IMG/VR virus record: IMGVR_UViG_3300027985_001833
Span: 1 to 64,000 of that record
Origin: a virus
Reading direction: 5' to 3' (one strand)
DNA length: 64,000 nt
Shown here: positions 1 through 8,788 of the stretch, piece after piece
Numbering within the stretch: position 1 is the stretch's first letter
Layout: every line of letters begins with the position of its first letter
Made by a program: the position numbers and the translations under genes
Notes under the pieces: model-generated
Told to the model about the DNA's origin: nothing
Database searches by the model: none
The model's input: only the letters and a program-made list of their open reading frames with translations

Positions 1-59
1 GTATCTTCGTCTTCATCTTCAGTATCTTCGTCTTCATCTTCAGTATCTTCGTCTTCATC
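1..59. repeat. 21-bp tandem repeat (gtatcttcgtcttcatcttca) encoding acidic EDEDEDT units of the SSB tail
   Basis: About 2.8 copies visible at the window start. Confidence 0.9.
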
Positions 60-800
60 CAATGCAACGCCAACCAACAAAGCACTGACATCATCGTATG
101 ATTTTACCATATTAGCAACAACAGAAAACAAATCGCATCCTTCATTGAGCGCTTTTTCAAGAATGGTTTTCATCTTAGAATCAAAACGAACAGGTTTTTT
201 AATAGTAACAGAATCCCCAATCACCTTGTATCGAGTATTCATTTTTTCACCAGTTCGTGTAATTTTTATAAAAATTGCGGCATCTGGGTCAGCTATATCA
301 CCATTATCGAAAAATGCTTCCATGATGCCGTCAAATAATGATTTACCAAACATAGCCACCGTTGGTTTAAATGGCTTTTTGCTCCATTCGTCAGACGCCG
401 ATGCGCGATGTTTACGCGGCGTCACTCCCCACAAAAATCGTGTGGAGGCAACCAACTCATCGGCGTCGTCATCGTCCAATTTACCACTTGCTATAGCTTC
501 GCAAACTGGACAACGGCCATTCAGCTTAATTTTGCGTTTTTTCAACAAACGTTGAACAAATGGATGCGCCACAATAGGATTGTTTTTCTTGTCGAGACAA
601 ACAATCATTTTTCCTTCCTTACCAACCTTATAGTGCACCGCCACAGAAAGAAAATTTCTGCCGGCAGTGTCTTCGTTGGGATCATCCTCTCTGCACGGCG
701 GATGAATATAAACAACACTATCGCCCTGCGGCACAGCCCAAAAATCACCACTGCGTTGTTGATCGCTGTACGATTTGCGCATTTTTTTCATATCAACCAT
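1..800 (-). CDS. T4 gp32-like single-stranded DNA-binding protein (3' end runs off the window; not in ORF track)
   Basis: Manual translation from ATG at 800 (AAGGAG SD upstream): MVDMKKMRKSYSDQQRSGDFWAVPQGDSVVYIHPP...VHY...C...GRCPVCE...KITRTGEKMNTRYKV, then an acidic EDEDEDT tail. The His/Cys/CPxC zinc pattern and acidic tail are gp32-like. Confidence 0.75.
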   Translation of the reverse strand, partial: MVDMKKMRKSYSDQQRSGDFWAVPQGDSVVYIHPPCREDDPNEDTAGRNFLSVAVHYKVGKEGKMIVCLDKKNNPIVAHPFVQRLLKKRKIKLNGRCPVCEAIASGKLDDDDADELVASTRFLWGVTPRKHRASASDEWSKKPFKPTVAMFGKSLFDGIMEAFFDNGDIADPDAAIFIKITRTGEKMNTRYKVIGDSVTIKKPVRFDSKMKTILEKALNEGCDLFSVVANMVKSYDDVSALLVGVALDEDEDTEDEDEDTEDEDED

Positions 801-847
801 GTATTTTCTCCTTTTTTGTTTCATTATGCATTTAACGTATCACAATT

Positions 848-1357
848 TCAAACAATTCGATTTTTTTTATTTTTGTTAAGTTCAACCATCCTAGATTCAT
901 GTATTTTGCCTTTGCTTCTTTTCGGTGTTTCAATCGATAATTTAGTATTCATAGATGTTGAATCCAATTCAAAACGCATCATAGCACCTTTTGATTGTAA
1001 CATATGCGCCTTTTCCAACAACGAGCCATATATATAACGAGTAGTGGAATAATTTTTTATTGATTGTGCAATAACCATTTTCATTTTTTCAAAATCTGTA
1101 TTGCTCTCAATTTTTGCTTTTATTTTCCATTCAGCAAGCTTCGGTTCAACCTCCGTGATTTCTTGAGTCAAATTGGCACGCCACTTCCTGTAATGCATAT
1201 CAACTATAATTTTTTCAGCTTCAGCTTCGGCACAAAGCGCGCCCCAACGGCCCATCAACGCAGCAATTTTATTCATATCACTACTGATATCCACTATTTC
1301 TAACAATTCTTCAAGATCAACCTCTATTTTTTCATCGTTAATTCTGAGTCTGATCAT
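848..1357 (-). CDS. UvsY-like recombination mediator protein
   Basis: Helical 169-aa protein with LAEWKIKAKIESNTDF segment; adjacent to the gp32-like SSB. Confidence 0.5.
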   Translation of the reverse strand: MIRLRINDEKIEVDLEELLEIVDISSDMNKIAALMGRWGALCAEAEAEKIIVDMHYRKWRANLTQEITEVEPKLAEWKIKAKIESNTDFEKMKMVIAQSIKNYSTTRYIYGSLLEKAHMLQSKGAMMRFELDSTSMNTKLSIETPKRSKGKIHESRMVELNKNKKNRIV

Positions 1358-1798
1358 TTAATCCTCGCTTTGGATTTTCAATGAAATAGATTTGACATAC
1401 TTTCTGCTGCACTTATTTCGTCTAGCTATTTCTGCGTGCGAATATTCATTGGACAATAAATCAGCTATGACTGATTTTTTACGCGCTTTTTTTTCTTCTT
1501 TGGTGAGAGGTTTCTTGATATCACTTTTATTCACTTCAGACACATCTTCAGACACAGACACATCTTCAGACACAGACACATCTTCAGACACAGACACATC
1601 TTCGCTTTGATCTCTACCAAAAAGACAACATTTTTTATTTCGACAAAATGCCCACGGATCGTTTTTTTTCACAGCCTTGCCGACAACCATCGTTTTATAC
1701 ATTGCTTTGCCGCATTCTGGACAAAGCGGATGTTTGGGGTGCGCGCCGCCTTTACGCCTTTTAAATGTTTCGTTTTTTTCCAATCTCCTTTTTGGCAT
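1358..1798 (-). CDS. Zn-ribbon plus C-terminal HTH DNA-binding protein
   Basis: CPECG...CRNKKC, EDVSVS linker repeats, C-terminal YSHAEIARRNKCSRKYV HTH. Confidence 0.6.
   Translation of the reverse strand: MPKRRLEKNETFKRRKGGAHPKHPLCPECGKAMYKTMVVGKAVKKNDPWAFCRNKKCCLFGRDQSEDVSVSEDVSVSEDVSVSEDVSEVNKSDIKKPLTKEEKKARKKSVIADLLSNEYSHAEIARRNKCSRKYVKSISLKIQSED
1535..1603. repeat. 18-bp in-frame tandem repeat (acatcttcagacacagac) encoding (EDVSVS)n
   Basis: Three full copies plus partial copies. Confidence 0.9.
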
Positions 1799-1804
1799 AA
1801 TTTA

Positions 1805-2143
1805 TCAACCTTTCTTTATTTTTGCTTTACATTTCGGTGTTTGGTGAAATCTCAACACCCTGGCGTCTTTGAATGATGCCTCACCACCTTCAATTATTGG
1901 AGTAATCAACTTCCTGCCTTTCAACACAGTGGAATGAAAAGTACCAAAACCAGTAATTCTAACGTCCAAACCTTGGGAGCAACACTCAATTATCAAATCA
2001 AACAATCTTTTGACAACGTCCAAACCATCACTAGTTTTACCGCAAGATTCGCATTTAATTCTCGTCAAGCCAGCCATTTTAGCCAATTTTGACAATGGAA
2101 TAGATTCTTTGTGTTTTGCCTTTTTAGTTTTATCCATATTCAC
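1805..2143 (-). CDS. HU/IHF-family DNA-binding protein with inserted CxxC
   Basis: GLDVRITGFGTF...GRKLITP...VLRF HU signature; CESCG in the N-terminal part. Confidence 0.75.
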   Translation of the reverse strand: MNMDKTKKAKHKESIPLSKLAKMAGLTRIKCESCGKTSDGLDVVKRLFDLIIECCSQGLDVRITGFGTFHSTVLKGRKLITPIIEGGEASFKDARVLRFHQTPKCKAKIKKG

Positions 2144-2219
2144 TCCTTATTGAATCAACGTAGCAATGTGCTCCATGTTAATTACTATTAACATCAAACA
2201 CACAATCATATGAATTAAA

Positions 2220-5200
2220 TTATCGCGGTTCAATTACTTTTGCCCCGCCACCATTATAGATATACGTAATCGCTTGCCAACGGCGTTGTTTTTCCAACGC
2301 CACTACGATCAAATCTCCAACGTTAAAATTACCTTTCAATTTCCTCCATTCAGAACCGAAACAGATAAAATCCAAATCCAAATCAACACCAGACATCGCC
2401 ACAAACGCCATCTCGTTTCCGCGTTTATCAATTTTTGTTTTAATGCTACAAACAACACCGCAATATGTCCCGCCCACACTACTTTTTTTGAATTTCGAAT
2501 TAGTAATACGTAATTCCCTCACCGTTTCAGTCTTCCAAACATGCGATAATGCCGGATGACGACCTGTGACCAAACGCTCCCATATACTCAAGTCTTTATT
2601 AGCAACCAACTTTTTTCTCAAAATTTCCAAATCAACTGCATATCTGGCCCTAATGTTAGAATACCTAGCGTTAACGACACAACTAACAACCACAGGCGTT
2701 CCAATTCCAGAATCTATGATTGGGCGCATTTCGTCAAAAATCTCAATATCAAATTTCACTCTATTCTGCTTGCCGCTGACATCCTCGATATTGACGTTGG
2801 CGTATCTGGCGCCCCAATTCATCGCCTCGCGTTCCTCTTCAGGCGGCAACTCTCCAGTGTGAAAATCGCCTATTTGATTGTATTTCACCTCAACCATCAT
2901 CCCTGCTATATAAACGACCTTGTTATCATTCGATTTGAAAAAATCTTCCTCGCCCATTGATTCAATACGTATTTTCAAATTTTCTTTAATAAAATCACCA
3001 TAGGCGTCAATCGGATGTTTACCAAACGCCAACGGGTTAACAGCAGAGGCAATCAACTGTCTTTCCTCTGATGCGTAATCAGGTTTATCCTTCGACTTCA
3101 ACAACATCTTCTTGACCTTCTTGTATCCGTTTTCCTTGCTCAACAAAGGCCAAATAACGTCTATTTCGTCGACGAACCACTTAACGTTAGGCAGCATATT
3201 TTCCAACGCCCCTGCCTTGGCCAATGCCACAATAACCCTTTTGTTACATTTACGGCGATCTATTCTGCCCAAAAAATCGAAAAAGCTCTCATATGGTTGG
3301 TTAGCAATAATGGTATCGGCAGCAGCCTCGCCGACGTTTTTGATATCGACTAGGCTGCCTCTAATTGCATTTTCTTGCCTGTCTATTGAGAATTGGACCT
3401 TAGATGTGTTCACAGACGGGGGCAACAGTTCTATGCCTGCCCTCTTTGCCTCCTTGGCTATTTGTTGAATGCGTTGTCTGGAAGGTTCGTTCTTGAGCAA
3501 CGCCCAATAGAATTCCAATGGATGCTTAATTTTCAGATACATCGAGAAATAAGCAATCATCCCATAAGCTGTAGCGTGGGAATTATGGCTAACAACTGGA
3601 TCATATTTATCTGGATCGCTGGTCGCTACGTAATTGTGTCCCTCTGTTGCCATCTCCAAATCGTAACAACGCTTTTTGCCCATAGAGATGATTTCAATTA
3701 TTTTATCCGCATACGTCGGTCTGCCTTTTTTCCACCTTTTTGTTCGCTCCCTTTTCTCGTAATCTTTTTTCTTGTGACACGAATTACAAAGCAATTGTAA
3801 ATTAGACTCGTGGTGATAAACGATATGATTATAATCACACTCCTCTGGTGTTCTATTGTGCGCAACTTCGTGCCCACCCCTACCCTTGCACCCTTTTTCT
3901 CCGCACAACTCGCATGCGCCTTTTGCCCGCTCCCAGATTTTTTCGCACGTACACTTGTATTCTTCGTTGTTTCTGAACGATTGCGAAAATCTGGTGTCTT
4001 TATTCATCCACCAAACGCAATAATCCTTACTGGTGTTTTCGCCCATAAATAACAATTCGTCTCCAACCGATAATCCGGTATTCAACGATTTATATCCACC
4101 AGAAGTCATCAAACGATGGGCGGCGCTTATCAACGGCGTACGATTGCCATTCTCGGTGATCAACTCAAAAACTTCAATTTCACCGTGATCGTGTATATCA
4201 ACCAAACGCCCCGGTCTACAACGACCATCGGAATCCATTTGAATTATATCAATACCGCGATAACGCATTTTTTGTGCTATTGGCGTCAATGCTCCCTTGG
4301 ACCACTTTTTCAAATGAGGATGCCAAACTGGTTCCGTTCTAGAATCACGAGCAGCAACTAAATCCTTAATCGTCACCCAAGGCGTTCCTTGTTTTTGATG
4401 AGTTCCCGCTCTCAAAACATACGAATTTTCCCATAAAGTTTTGTTAAATCCGTAACTCCCAAAAAAGGTGATTGTGTCCATTATCTTATTGGCTTGGGCC
4501 TCAGTCATGTCTGGCGTGTTCTTCATCGCTCCCTTCACAAAATTCTCACGCTCTTTGCCAATCGTTTCATCGCCCTTCTTTTTAGCAATCGCCTTCCTCA
4601 ATGAATCGCTCGTGCCCGGAGCAAATCCCGCTATTTCATTAAAAATCCTGATCACGTGCTCCTGATACACCATGATTCCAAGCGTATCGGATGTAATTTC
4701 AGTCACTTTCGGATGAATTGACGCTTTCCCAATCAACTTAGGATTTTTTTTCCTTTTCACAAACTCAGTGGCCAAACCGCTCCTGGCCGTTCCGGGACGG
4801 TTCAACGCCGTCATGGCAGCCACGTCGCTAAAATCCGTAAATGGAACACCCTCGCATATCTTATCAGCACCAGGGGTATCGTATTGAAAAATGCCAGAAT
4901 AATTGTGATCTGTGAACCCTTGTAACACTTCATGTATGTTGAGGTCTAATTTCTCCAAATCTATCCATTCTCCAGTGTGTTTTTCAATCGCTTCAACGCA
5001 TTCTCTCAACACGGTCAAAGTTCTCAACCCCAAAACGTCTAATTTCACCAAGCCCATCGCTCCAACGCCATACATATCTATCGCGGTCACCAACACATCC
5101 TCGCCATTACTTTTCCTGATCTCCAACGGCACATACTCGGTCAAAGGCTCTGGCGAAACGACAACGCCTGCAGCATGGACACCCAAATTTTTAGCCATAT

Positions 5201-6881
5201 TTTCCAATCGCTTAGCGTGTTTCAATACAAACGGATATTTTTTATCAAACTCTCTACAAACTTTGAAATCCTTGAATGAATCCTCAATGGTTTGGCTGGC
5301 TCTTTCATCTCCGCTGGAGCGCTCAATGATTGAGTTAGTAATAACGTTAACCTCCAAATATGGAACCTCGTAAACCCTGGAAATGTCTTTGACACACTGT
5401 TTCCCGGATAAACGACCTATGGTGGCAATTTGAGCAACTCTGTCTGTGCCATATTTGTCTCTAAGATAACCCATGATTTCTTTTCTTCTAATGTCTTCAA
5501 AATCCATATCAATGTCAGGCATATCCACACGCTCTGGATTCAAAAATCTCTCGAAAATCAAATCATGTTCAATCGGATCAACAGAAGTCAAGCCCATCAG
5601 GTAAGCAACCAAACATCCTGCCACGGAACCACGTCCAGGCCCGCACATTATTCTATTCGTTCTTGCCCAATTATAAATGTCGTAAACCATCAAAAAATAT
5701 GGAACAAATTTTTGAACCCTGATAGAACTAAGTTCGTGAACCAAGCGCTCTTTATAAACCTGCTTCATATGAGCAGTTGACACACCTCTTTTCTGAGCCA
5801 AGATGGCAGCCCGCCTTGAAATTTCTCTCCACGTCCAACCTTGAAAACACAAATCTTTCAAATAATCCCATTCCGTTTTGAACTTGCCGGGCAACTGCAT
5901 TTTTGGGAGAAGAGCGGCGTGCCAATCGATATTCAGCCTGGCCGTTATCGTTTCGTTAAATTCCATTGTCCCATTCAACGCTGCTATGATATTCTGCTCG
6001 CCCATATATCCGTGTCTTTTAACAAAGGCTTGATACATTTGTTTGCGGCTCTTGAGAAAAAAATCGTTTCCATCAAATCTGAATCTCTCTGGATTGGATA
6101 TATGATCGTTAGTGCCGATGCAAAGAAGCACTTCGTGATGAATGTGATCCCCTTCCCAAACATAATGTGCATCCTGGGTAGCTATGAATTTGGCGTCCCC
6201 CCACCTTTCTTTCAACTCCATGGCAAATCTATTCGCCGTGATTTGATCATCTATGGCATGCGGCTGAACCTCAATCCACAAATCTTCGCCAAATTTATCA
6301 CGCAATCTATCAGCGATTTCCAAGGCTTGACGCTTTTTACCGGCGCACACCCTGTCGTAGATGACAGACGACATACATCCGGTTCCCACAACCAACCCAT
6401 CGCCGTGCTCAATTAAAGCATCCAAGTCTATTCTAGGTTTGTAGTAAAAACCATCAACGTAAGCAGCCGTGGACAACCTAAACAGATTCTTCAACCCCTC
6501 ATTATTCTTAGCCCAAACGGTCAAGTGCCAACGGTCGCGAATTCCGTGTTCACTCTCATACTTCTTAATTGCGGCCTTTCTCTCATTAGGTTTCAACCCT
6601 TTGGTGATTTCGGCCTTTTCATCCTCCGTGAGCCCTTTTCGGTGCATATCGTTGCTCACATAGAACTCAATGCCGTGAATGGCCTTTATGCCAGCATCCT
6701 CACACGCCATGTGAGACGCATAATAACCCCTCATTGACCCGTGTTCTGTGAACGCTATGGCAGGTTGCCCCAACTCCGCTGCTCTCTGTGCGTAATCGGG
6801 AATTTTCCCGCAACCGTCAAGTTGACTCATGTCAGAATGAGTGTGAAGGTGAACAAAATCGTCTTTTTCTTTTTTTGCCAT
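2220..6881 (-). CDS. dnaE: DNA polymerase III alpha subunit (family C), intein-containing
   Basis: PHP motifs HLHTHS, TEHG, GIEF, TQDAHY; GPGRGS; catalytic PDIDMDF; KLDVLGL; YGFNK/SHA split by an intein; C-terminal OB folds. Confidence 0.97.
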   Translation of the reverse strand: MAKKEKDDFVHLHTHSDMSQLDGCGKIPDYAQRAAELGQPAIAFTEHGSMRGYYASHMACEDAGIKAIHGIEFYVSNDMHRKGLTEDEKAEITKGLKPNERKAAIKKYESEHGIRDRWHLTVWAKNNEGLKNLFRLSTAAYVDGFYYKPRIDLDALIEHGDGLVVGTGCMSSVIYDRVCAGKKRQALEIADRLRDKFGEDLWIEVQPHAIDDQITANRFAMELKERWGDAKFIATQDAHYVWEGDHIHHEVLLCIGTNDHISNPERFRFDGNDFFLKSRKQMYQAFVKRHGYMGEQNIIAALNGTMEFNETITARLNIDWHAALLPKMQLPGKFKTEWDYLKDLCFQGWTWREISRRAAILAQKRGVSTAHMKQVYKERLVHELSSIRVQKFVPYFLMVYDIYNWARTNRIMCGPGRGSVAGCLVAYLMGLTSVDPIEHDLIFERFLNPERVDMPDIDMDFEDIRRKEIMGYLRDKYGTDRVAQIATIGRLSGKQCVKDISRVYEVPYLEVNVITNSIIERSSGDERASQTIEDSFKDFKVCREFDKKYPFVLKHAKRLENMAKNLGVHAAGVVVSPEPLTEYVPLEIRKSNGEDVLVTAIDMYGVGAMGLVKLDVLGLRTLTVLRECVEAIEKHTGEWIDLEKLDLNIHEVLQGFTDHNYSGIFQYDTPGADKICEGVPFTDFSDVAAMTALNRPGTARSGLATEFVKRKKNPKLIGKASIHPKVTEITSDTLGIMVYQEHVIRIFNEIAGFAPGTSDSLRKAIAKKKGDETIGKERENFVKGAMKNTPDMTEAQANKIMDTITFFGSYGFNKTLWENSYVLRAGTHQKQGTPWVTIKDLVAARDSRTEPVWHPHLKKWSKGALTPIAQKMRYRGIDIIQMDSDGRCRPGRLVDIHDHGEIEVFELITENGNRTPLISAAHRLMTSGGYKSLNTGLSVGDELLFMGENTSKDYCVWWMNKDTRFSQSFRNNEEYKCTCEKIWERAKGACELCGEKGCKGRGGHEVAHNRTPEECDYNHIVYHHESNLQLLCNSCHKKKDYEKRERTKRWKKGRPTYADKIIEIISMGKKRCYDLEMATEGHNYVATSDPDKYDPVVSHNSHATAYGMIAYFSMYLKIKHPLEFYWALLKNEPSRQRIQQIAKEAKRAGIELLPPSVNTSKVQFSIDRQENAIRGSLVDIKNVGEAAADTIIANQPYESFFDFLGRIDRRKCNKRVIVALAKAGALENMLPNVKWFVDEIDVIWPLLSKENGYKKVKKMLLKSKDKPDYASEERQLIASAVNPLAFGKHPIDAYGDFIKENLKIRIESMGEEDFFKSNDNKVVYIAGMMVEVKYNQIGDFHTGELPPEEEREAMNWGARYANVNIEDVSGKQNRVKFDIEIFDEMRPIIDSGIGTPVVVSCVVNARYSNIRARYAVDLEILRKKLVANKDLSIWERLVTGRHPALSHVWKTETVRELRITNSKFKKSSVGGTYCGVVCSIKTKIDKRGNEMAFVAMSGVDLDLDFICFGSEWRKLKGNFNVGDLIVVALEKQRRWQAITYIYNGGGAKVIEPR
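3582..4439 (-). mobile_element. Intein (286 aa) with HNH homing endonuclease inside dnaE
   Basis: Interrupts the conserved GFNK|SHA; begins TLWENS, block B-like ISAAHRL, internal CELC...HEVAH...NLQLLCNSCHKK, block F CYDLEM...HNYVA, ends VVSHN before Ser+1. Confidence 0.9.
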
Positions 6882-6882
6882 C

Positions 6883-7446
6883 TTAGACGCCTAACATGCG
6901 CAATATCCTATCAACGGTGTGCCTCGGGTCGCCTTGTTTCGTATCGATTTTGATTTTTGGAATAGTGATCATCTTCCAAACTTTATCGAATCTCTTTTGA
7001 ATGGCGGTGTAATCCTTTTTATTCGGACACCATCTGACATCCCCGACGCAACGGCTCTTGGCAACCTCATAAGCAACATCCAATTGAACGTAAACAAGCT
7101 TTCCTCTGGAACCTTGCTTGATTCTTTCTTCCCACCACTTGATCATGCTTTTGTAATTCGAGCTATCACCGGCGCAATCGTAAGCAATCGCAGATGGAAG
7201 AGAACGGTCAAGGATTATTCCAGGACTAGTCTTAGACACAAGGTCTGCCACAACCAAATCTTCCCAAAACGTATTAACCGAAACGCCCCATCTTTGTAAA
7301 TCACCGTAATCTCTTTCACCAGTAACCTTGTTGGGCCGTTTCACATCTTCAAACGGCTTGTACAGAACAAGAGTCGTCAGACCTTTCAACAAATTGGCAA
7401 CCGTCGTTTTCCCCGTCCCGTTAATCCCTTCCAACACAACAATCAT
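6883..7446 (-). CDS. Deoxynucleoside monophosphate kinase (thymidylate kinase family)
   Basis: N-terminal IVVLEGINGTGKTT P-loop and ILDRS motif. Confidence 0.85.
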   Translation of the reverse strand: MIVVLEGINGTGKTTVANLLKGLTTLVLYKPFEDVKRPNKVTGERDYGDLQRWGVSVNTFWEDLVVADLVSKTSPGIILDRSLPSAIAYDCAGDSSNYKSMIKWWEERIKQGSRGKLVYVQLDVAYEVAKSRCVGDVRWCPNKKDYTAIQKRFDKVWKMITIPKIKIDTKQGDPRHTVDRILRMLGV

Positions 7447-8438
7447 TATATCTTCTCACCAGTCGCAGGATTTCTTCTCCAAAATTTTCGATATTGAACC
7501 GCTCTATCAATCATCTCTTTCCACATATTGATATTATCAGCCGTGGCCAAACCGCCTAAATCAACCATACTATCGACGTAATCGCCTTGGCCATCAAAAT
7601 AATGGTGCTTGGCAAGATGAAGCGGGCAAGGCGGCAACTCGTCATCACCGTCCAAACGCCTTTGACACTCTTCCATATAGATACACTCTTTGAATTTATC
7701 GTCATCCCCGATGCAAGGCGGTTTGACCAAATCGGCGAAAATCGGATTCACCTTGTTCACCAATTCTTCAATCATCCCCATGATGACCGGTCCCCAAATC
7801 CCGAGTTGAAGAATAAAACAAGACCTTTTGCCTACTATATGCTGAAGCGAACCGATATTAAGCTTCCAACTGATGCGGTGATGAGCGCCCAACGGCAGCA
7901 ACTCTCTTGCGTCTTCCATAGGGATTCCCAATTCAATCAACTTACTATAAGCCCTTTGGATAGCATAGATAGTATCTTGATAAATATCGCTAGCCATCTC
8001 TCCAGCGTCAACGATTGTTTTAGGCAAACGATATTCGCCATTAACCGCAAATTTGTCGACCTTTCGAATACGATGGGATTGGCTCCACCAACTAGATGAA
8101 GCAAGATCTGGTATAATATCCAATCCCATCCTTTCTGGAGAAATCAACGTTCCTATGCGATGTCTGACCGCTTGTTCACGCCAGCTGATGGAAACGTTTT
8201 CAATTAAAAATACAAAATCTATATGTTCACCAATCGGTATACGCTGGGCGATTACGGCTTTGAACAATTTCTCCACCTCTTCAGCAGGAACTTTTTCTCT
8301 CACTTCTTCTGGCAACATCAGGGGCTCATCATCTTTCGACGCCATCCAAACAGAGTAAACAGTTTCCAAAGGGAATTGCGTCCAAGACAATAGTGTTATT
8401 CTCGGTTCATTATTCATCATCATCAAATTCCTCATCAT
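7446..8438 (-). CDS. thyX: Divergent flavin-dependent thymidylate synthase (ThyX-fold) protein
   Basis: EHIDFVF, EQAVRHRI, SQSHR, GIPMEDARELLP, N..SL.H...KR; Cys-rich C-terminus. Confidence 0.8.
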   Translation of the reverse strand: MMRNLMMMNNEPRITLLSWTQFPLETVYSVWMASKDDEPLMLPEEVREKVPAEEVEKLFKAVIAQRIPIGEHIDFVFLIENVSISWREQAVRHRIGTLISPERMGLDIIPDLASSSWWSQSHRIRKVDKFAVNGEYRLPKTIVDAGEMASDIYQDTIYAIQRAYSKLIELGIPMEDARELLPLGAHHRISWKLNIGSLQHIVGKRSCFILQLGIWGPVIMGMIEELVNKVNPIFADLVKPPCIGDDDKFKECIYMEECQRRLDGDDELPPCPLHLAKHHYFDGQGDYVDSMVDLGGLATADNINMWKEMIDRAVQYRKFWRRNPATGEKI

Positions 8439-8610
8439 CGACGAGCGGATTTCTCGTGTTCCACTCTTCCAATTCTTTTTCGTTGTTTATCCACTGCGAC
8501 TTCCATCTTTCTATAAACAACCAACAATAGTCCTTGTGAACTATTCTCCATTTTCCTTTATACAATTCAATTTCTGCGTCGCAAAACGGACAATCTTTTG
8601 GAACTTTCAT
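8410..8610 (-). CDS. Small Zn-finger protein (Lar/restriction-alleviation-like pattern)
   Basis: PKDCPFC...H...C...EEWNTR. Confidence 0.5.
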   Translation of the reverse strand: MKVPKDCPFCDAEIELYKGKWRIVHKDYCWLFIERWKSQWINNEKELEEWNTRNPLVDDEEFDDDE

Positions 8611-8668
8611 TTCGCACCTGCAACCAGTGGTTTACAACACCGCCGCTCTACCATTGGGCCACCCGGCC
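8611..8668 (-). pseudogene. 3'-truncated tRNA remnant (anticodon loop reads Thr UGU, or Tyr GUA in an alternative register)
   Basis: GGCCGGG TG GCCC AATGGTA GAGC G GCGGT GTTGTAA ACCAC TGGTT GCAGG TGCGAA. The 3' T-stem and 3' acceptor strand are absent. Confidence 0.6.
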
Positions 8669-8680
8669 AACTCTAATCAT

Positions 8681-8788
8681 TCACAAATTATAGATGTCAT
8701 CGGGATTCTTGCCCGCCGCTTTGTACCCCTTCGCGTACATGGCCATATCCAAAAAACGCATTTCACCGCCACAATTCAAGCATTTCAT
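8681..8788 (-). CDS. Small hypothetical protein, 35 aa (not in ORF track)
   Basis: MKCLNCGGEMRFLDMAMYAKGYKAAGKNPDDIYNL; overlaps the end of the aminotransferase. Confidence 0.4.
   Translation of the reverse strand: MKCLNCGGEMRFLDMAMYAKGYKAAGKNPDDIYNL

Noticed and set aside
1535-1603. Short tandem repeats as a CRISPR array (also 1-59)
   Set aside because: Contiguous in-frame repeats without spacers that encode low-complexity linkers
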